This document shows positions 12,978-16,864 of a stretch of DNA of 16,864 nt, one piece after another (position 1 is the stretch's first letter; the number at the start of each line of letters is the position of its first letter). The stretch comes from a virus. Its lineage: Duplodnaviria; Heunggongvirae; Uroviricota; Caudoviricetes. The notes beneath the pieces are model-generated. The model saw only the letters and a list, made by a program, of their open reading frames with translations, did not search any database and was not told the DNA's origin. A program made the translations under genes and the position numbers. The stretch lies in IMG/VR virus record IMGVR_UViG_3300039452_000031; one strand, given 5' to 3'.

Positions 12978-14711
12978 ATGGACGCCATCGCAGCCATCGA
13001 GATGACGAGGAGAAGGGATAAGGTAGAGGGGTTGACTCGGGTCGCCCAAGCTTTCGTTCCCAATGTTGCGGCGTCCATCGTTACGTCTATTGGCAACATC
13101 CTCGCCCACAAAGACGACTACAAGAACCAGAAGCTGCTACGCGCCCAGGCTGATAAGGTCAGGACGTTGGCCATGCAGACTCTAACTCGTCAGGATCCCG
13201 TTGCGGAGGAAGCTAAGGACAACCTCCTGGGCTCCATTGCCGATGTCCTGAAGGATGGAGCATGGAGGGCAATCAAGACCTTCTGCCGCTTTGTGTTTCG
13301 CGGTGTCATGTTTCTGGTCGAGAACGTTGTGGTCCCGGTGTTTCGAGTCTTTGCTACAGCGGTTGTCGATATCCTCGAAGCCGCACTCACTACACCTGCT
13401 GGATGGATAGCCCTGGGCGCAACCGCTGCTGCGATTGGGGGTTACTACCTGTACAAGACTTGGCAAGACAAGAATGCCAAGCGGGAGGTTCCCTCACCTG
13501 AACCTGCAATTGGTGCGCGCATTGCGCCTGCCCCAGCAGCCCCGGTAACGCCTGAGGCCCCTGCTGCTCCTGTGCCTGCACCCGCACCGGTTAAGCCAGC
13601 CCAAGCTCCGGTGCCCACAAAAGCTGCGCCTGTTCCAGCTCCCTCACCTGTAGCCCCAAGACCTGTAGCTATACCGGGCATGCCTACAGTTGCAGGGGCC
13701 CGGCCCGAAATCTTCTACAACGCCTACACGGTATCGAAAGTCAAAGAATCGGATACTCGTAGAGAGAAGGCTCTGGGCATCAAGAACAACAACCCAGGTA
13801 ACCTTCGTTACGCAGAGCAACCAGGCGCAACAGGTCAGAACAAAGGCTTCGCGGTCTTCCCTACCCAGGCTCTAGGTCTATACAACCTAGGTCGTCAATT
13901 AGAGTTCCATGGTCATCGTGGCTGGACCACTGTTGAGAAACTAATCAAGGTCTACGCGCCTCCCAGCGAGAACCGTACTGACGACTACATTAAAGCCGTG
14001 GCCTCAGCTATGGGTGTTAAGGCTTCTGATTCGCTGGATTTCCTGAACGTAGGAACTCTGGTAAAACTAATGAAGGCAATCGTCACGCATGAGAACGGAA
14101 GCAATCCGTATTCTGACGATCAGTTCATAGAGGCGGCCGAGAAAGCCATCGACTTTGCACGTCAAGGCTACCGTGACCACGCTCAGGGCTTTGTGGCACT
14201 TTTCACTCCCACATCCGGACGCTTCGTGTCCCCCTTCGGTCCCCGCTCTCAGGCATCTACTGATGGGCTAGGGTCTACGGACCACAAGGGCATAGACATC
14301 GCCAACGGAGTGGGCACCCCAATTTTCGCTGCCGAAGAAGGCACAGTTACCTTCGCAGCCAAGACTGCTGACTACGGTAACCGTGTAGATATAAAGCACG
14401 ACTTCGGCTTCACTCGCTACGGGCATATGAATGTCCTGCAGGTGAAGAACGGCCAGCATGTGAAACGGGGTCAGAAGATCGGTGAGATGGGGCAGACAGG
14501 TCACGCTACAGGTCCTCACCTCCACTTTGAAGTCATTACCGCTCAAGCGGCCGCCGGGCAAGATGCCCGCGTTGATCCTGCGCACTACCTACCAAATTTT
14601 CCGACTCAGAAGGAGGGGGCAGTTCTGGTCGGGGAACCAATCGTAGCCAACATGGACAAGCCCAAGGACTACGTCTATCGTGACGGCCGTCTAATTCTAC
14701 TGAGAGACTGA
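12978..14711 (+). CDS. Tail-associated peptidoglycan hydrolase: helical/TM N-terminus, Pro-Ala linker, NNPGN lysozyme-like domain, M23 peptidase
   Basis: TPAGWIALGATAAAIGGYYLY hydrophobic segment. GIKNNNPGNLR...YAPPSENRTDDYIKAV...AIVTHENG at ~13776-14099. M23 zinc motifs HKGID (14283) and HLH (14517-14525). Confidence 0.88.
   Translation: MDAIAAIEMTRRRDKVEGLTRVAQAFVPNVAASIVTSIGNILAHKDDYKNQKLLRAQADKVRTLAMQTLTRQDPVAEEAKDNLLGSIADVLKDGAWRAIKTFCRFVFRGVMFLVENVVVPVFRVFATAVVDILEAALTTPAGWIALGATAAAIGGYYLYKTWQDKNAKREVPSPEPAIGARIAPAPAAPVTPEAPAAPVPAPAPVKPAQAPVPTKAAPVPAPSPVAPRPVAIPGMPTVAGARPEIFYNAYTVSKVKESDTRREKALGIKNNNPGNLRYAEQPGATGQNKGFAVFPTQALGLYNLGRQLEFHGHRGWTTVEKLIKVYAPPSENRTDDYIKAVASAMGVKASDSLDFLNVGTLVKLMKAIVTHENGSNPYSDDQFIEAAEKAIDFARQGYRDHAQGFVALFTPTSGRFVSPFGPRSQASTDGLGSTDHKGIDIANGVGTPIFAAEEGTVTFAAKTADYGNRVDIKHDFGFTRYGHMNVLQVKNGQHVKRGQKIGEMGQTGHATGPHLHFEVITAQAAAGQDARVDPAHYLPNFPTQKEGAVLVGEPIVANMDKPKDYVYRDGRLILLRD
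13491..13690 (+). repeat. Low-complexity Pro/Ala/Val linker (imperfect APAP/APVP repeats)
   Basis: Translation APAPAAPVTPEAPAAPVPAPAPVKPAQAPVPTKAAPVPAPSPVAPRP. Codons are diverged, so this is not a perfect DNA tandem repeat. Confidence 0.8.
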
Positions 14712-14713
14712 CT

Positions 14714-15718
14714 ATGAGTTTAATTGACGCGCTTTCAGGTGTTCAGGATCGCGTATCCGCAAGTGCGACCAGTGTAGGCAACCTGTTGAAGGCTGCGTGG
14801 AAGCCCCCTAAGGCCTCAACGGGTCAGAAGCAGTCCACGGATCCTGCGTTCCAGAATAATCCGGACTACATTGTCATGATTAAGCAGGCGCAGGATACGG
14901 CAACCATTGGCACTAAAGGCCAGGACGTGTTTATCATTGGGGCGGCACCTAAGGATTTCCAAGTCCAGCAACAAGCAGACTGGAAGGCTCCATTTGGTGC
15001 CGGTCTTCTCGGAACGGGTACCATCGCGGACATGGTAGCCGTTGCTACAGGTCAGCGCCTCTTAGCTCAGGTCTTTACCTTGAAGGTTTGGCAAGGTTCT
15101 ACCAACGATATCCAGTTTACGGTTACCATGGAATTCCGAACATGGTCGGATTCGGATGCGGACGTTATGCAACCCCTGCGTAACCTTCTAGGCCTGACTA
15201 TGCCGTCTGTGGCGGCTGATGGCTTCCTTCAAGCACCTGGGCCGATCATTACCCAGGAGGCCCTTACTGCAGTAGGTGCCACTGCAGCCAAAGGCTTTGT
15301 GGCCGTTACCAAGGATGTTGTCGGAGGCATAGGTGGCGCCTTTGGCTCCCTGACTGGCTCGTCCTATAGCTCTTCAAGTTCGACCACTAATGGAGCTTCC
15401 AACTTTGTTGCCACGGCTACGAAAGCAGCCGCAAACGTAGCAACCGATGTAGGTAATACCGCCAAGCAGATGAAAGACGCAGTGGACAAGGGCACGACAA
15501 ACAAGTGCTCGATTACCATTGGCGAGTGGTTCCATTTGGACAACATCGTGATCACCGACGTCCAGTACTCCATTGACGGTCAACGAATCGGGCAGGCTAA
15601 GCGTCAGCCTATGTCCGCCACGGCAACCGTGTCATTCGTCCCCATGTTTGCCCTTACTGTTGATGACATCCCGACCTTGCTTGGAGGTCGTCAGGTGCAG
15701 GTTACGATAACTGAATAG
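14714..15718 (+). CDS. Baseplate/tail-tube junction protein (T4 gp48-like, tube fold)
   Basis: KVWQGS...QFTVTMEF...L.GLTMP...QAPGP and CSITIGEWFHLDNIVITDVQYS...PMSATATVSF are typical of gp48/CIS tube-fold proteins. A Ser/Thr/Gly/Ala-rich insert is present. Confidence 0.65.
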   Translation: MSLIDALSGVQDRVSASATSVGNLLKAAWKPPKASTGQKQSTDPAFQNNPDYIVMIKQAQDTATIGTKGQDVFIIGAAPKDFQVQQQADWKAPFGAGLLGTGTIADMVAVATGQRLLAQVFTLKVWQGSTNDIQFTVTMEFRTWSDSDADVMQPLRNLLGLTMPSVAADGFLQAPGPIITQEALTAVGATAAKGFVAVTKDVVGGIGGAFGSLTGSSYSSSSSTTNGASNFVATATKAAANVATDVGNTAKQMKDAVDKGTTNKCSITIGEWFHLDNIVITDVQYSIDGQRIGQAKRQPMSATATVSFVPMFALTVDDIPTLLGGRQVQVTITE

Positions 15719-15726
15719 GTCGCATT

Positions 15727-16056
15727 ATGCTGGAATACAGTCAAGCTACCCCCATAGTGCAGTTGATGAACGGCAACTTCGACCTCGACATTTGGAATAG
15801 CAAGTACGCAAATATCAGGTACGCGGTTGCTGTGGATCAGGTGATAACCATCGATGCCAAGTATGAGGCCAACCTTCCGGGACTAGCCTATGACTATTAT
15901 GGCGATCAGTCTTATTGGAGGGCAATCTTGGCCTTCAACGGTCTTGCCGACCCGATCAATGACGTAGCCATTGGTGCTACGTTGTCCATGCCTAGCAAGA
16001 CCTCAATAGATGCCTTCATGGCTTCCAAGCAAAACGTGGTAACGGTTACTCTATGA
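15727..16056 (+). CDS. LysM-containing baseplate wedge protein (T4 gp53 / P2 gpX-like)
   Basis: LPGLAYDYYGDQSYWRAILAFNGLADPINDVAIGATLSMP is the canonical gp53/LysM baseplate motif. It sits between the gp48-like and hub genes. Confidence 0.85.
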   Translation: MLEYSQATPIVQLMNGNFDLDIWNSKYANIRYAVAVDQVITIDAKYEANLPGLAYDYYGDQSYWRAILAFNGLADPINDVAIGATLSMPSKTSIDAFMASKQNVVTVTL

Positions 16057-16864
16057 CCTTCCGCATTAACGACTCGGTCACGGCCGGCATCTACATTGAC
16101 GGCCAGGAGTTTTTGTTGGACGCAGGCAATAGCCTTAGGTCCCTGCACATTAGAGTCTCTGCCATCGGTAACCTGCCTGTCCTTAAGCTGTCCCTTTTGG
16201 ATGCCTTGGATTTGATGAAGAACTATGGGCTTCATGACGGGTCGCAAATAACAGTCGTCCTTAACGGTACCTTGTCCGTCACCCGCTTGTTTAGGGTCCA
16301 TTCGTGGTCCAGGAAACCGATTGGTAACGGCTATATCTATGATATCGAGGGCTACTGGGATGCCCCCAAGTTTTGGGCAGGTACCTCCAACGCAGGGCTA
16401 AAGGGGTCGAGTGCTGATGTACTGGCACAGATTGCACAGACGTGTGGCCTAAACGTGTGGCCAAACAACGTGAAGACCTCAGATGTCATGACGTGGATGC
16501 CGAAGAACCGGTTCTACGGAGATTTCGCTCAAGACATTGCCCGTCACGGCTATGTGTCAGACACCTCTCACATGGCATTGGCTGTTGATAGCTCAGGCTT
16601 CCTTCGGTACGTCAATATCTCGGCTTTGCCTGACCCAAAGATAACGGTAGGGTTCTTGAAGACTGGCGACAACTTCATGCTCATTTCCGACTTCGCACCC
16701 GAAATCAAGTCAGGCATAGCGAATGCCATTGGTGGTTACTCACATCAGCGTTATACCCAGTCAATTCTGACCGGCACCACGGTCGAGGAAACCGCTGACG
16801 ACACGGGTTCGGAATCACAGTTGACGGTCAAACCTGACGGTGACCAGCTGTTGGTCAACATGAA
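16053..16864 (+). CDS. Probable baseplate hub protein (T4 gp27 / P2 gpD-like), 3'-truncated; absent from the ORF track
   Basis: ATG 16053 overlaps the upstream TGA (ATGA). The frame is open to the window end by hand translation: MTFRINDSVTAGIYIDGQEFLLD...LPVLKLSLLD...YDIEGYWD...SADVLAQIAQTCGL...DFAQDIARHG. This has the hub pattern and the expected position after the LysM gene. Confidence 0.7.
   Translation, partial: MTFRINDSVTAGIYIDGQEFLLDAGNSLRSLHIRVSAIGNLPVLKLSLLDALDLMKNYGLHDGSQITVVLNGTLSVTRLFRVHSWSRKPIGNGYIYDIEGYWDAPKFWAGTSNAGLKGSSADVLAQIAQTCGLNVWPNNVKTSDVMTWMPKNRFYGDFAQDIARHGYVSDTSHMALAVDSSGFLRYVNISALPDPKITVGFLKTGDNFMLISDFAPEIKSGIANAIGGYSHQRYTQSILTGTTVEETADDTGSESQLTVKPDGDQLLVNM

Noticed and set aside
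1-16864. Alternative genetic code (stop-codon reassignment), as seen in some large phages
   Set aside because: Genes are long and intact under code 11. TAG (12976, 15718), TGA and TAA all end genes right next to the following start codons.
9162-16864. Bacterial extracellular contractile injection system or tailocin instead of a phage
   Set aside because: Terminase, portal and resolvase in the same run indicate a DNA-packaging phage.

Overview
All credible genes are on the + strand and tightly coupled. The window looks like the DNA-packaging and tail/baseplate region of a large tailed phage with a contractile tail. Gene order: RecA/UvsX-like recombinase (C-terminal part), hypothetical, terminase large subunit, RuvC-like resolvase, His-rich protein, possible small terminase, MmcB-like PD-(D/E)XK nuclease, ~190-nt structured gap, probable portal, three small hypotheticals, tail-tube-fold protein, gp26-like hub/tail assembly chaperone plus a short overlapping +1-frame ORF, a tape-measure-like protein, a second tape-measure-like protein with lysozyme-like and M23 domains, gp48-like tube-fold protein, LysM/gp53-like wedge protein, and a gp27-like hub protein that runs off the end. 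The overall style recalls RSL1/PaBG/Y3-type jumbo myophages; this is recollection, not a search result. No tRNA, rRNA, CRISPR array or mobile element was seen. The best leads are the multi-hairpin region before the portal, a repeated AATTTTATG intergenic motif, a candidate +1 frameshift in the chaperone, the two-gene tape measure with a dual peptidoglycan hydrolase, and an in-frame hairpin-flanked UAA junction at 9054-9161. All functional calls come from motif recognition by eye and need HMM or structure confirmation.
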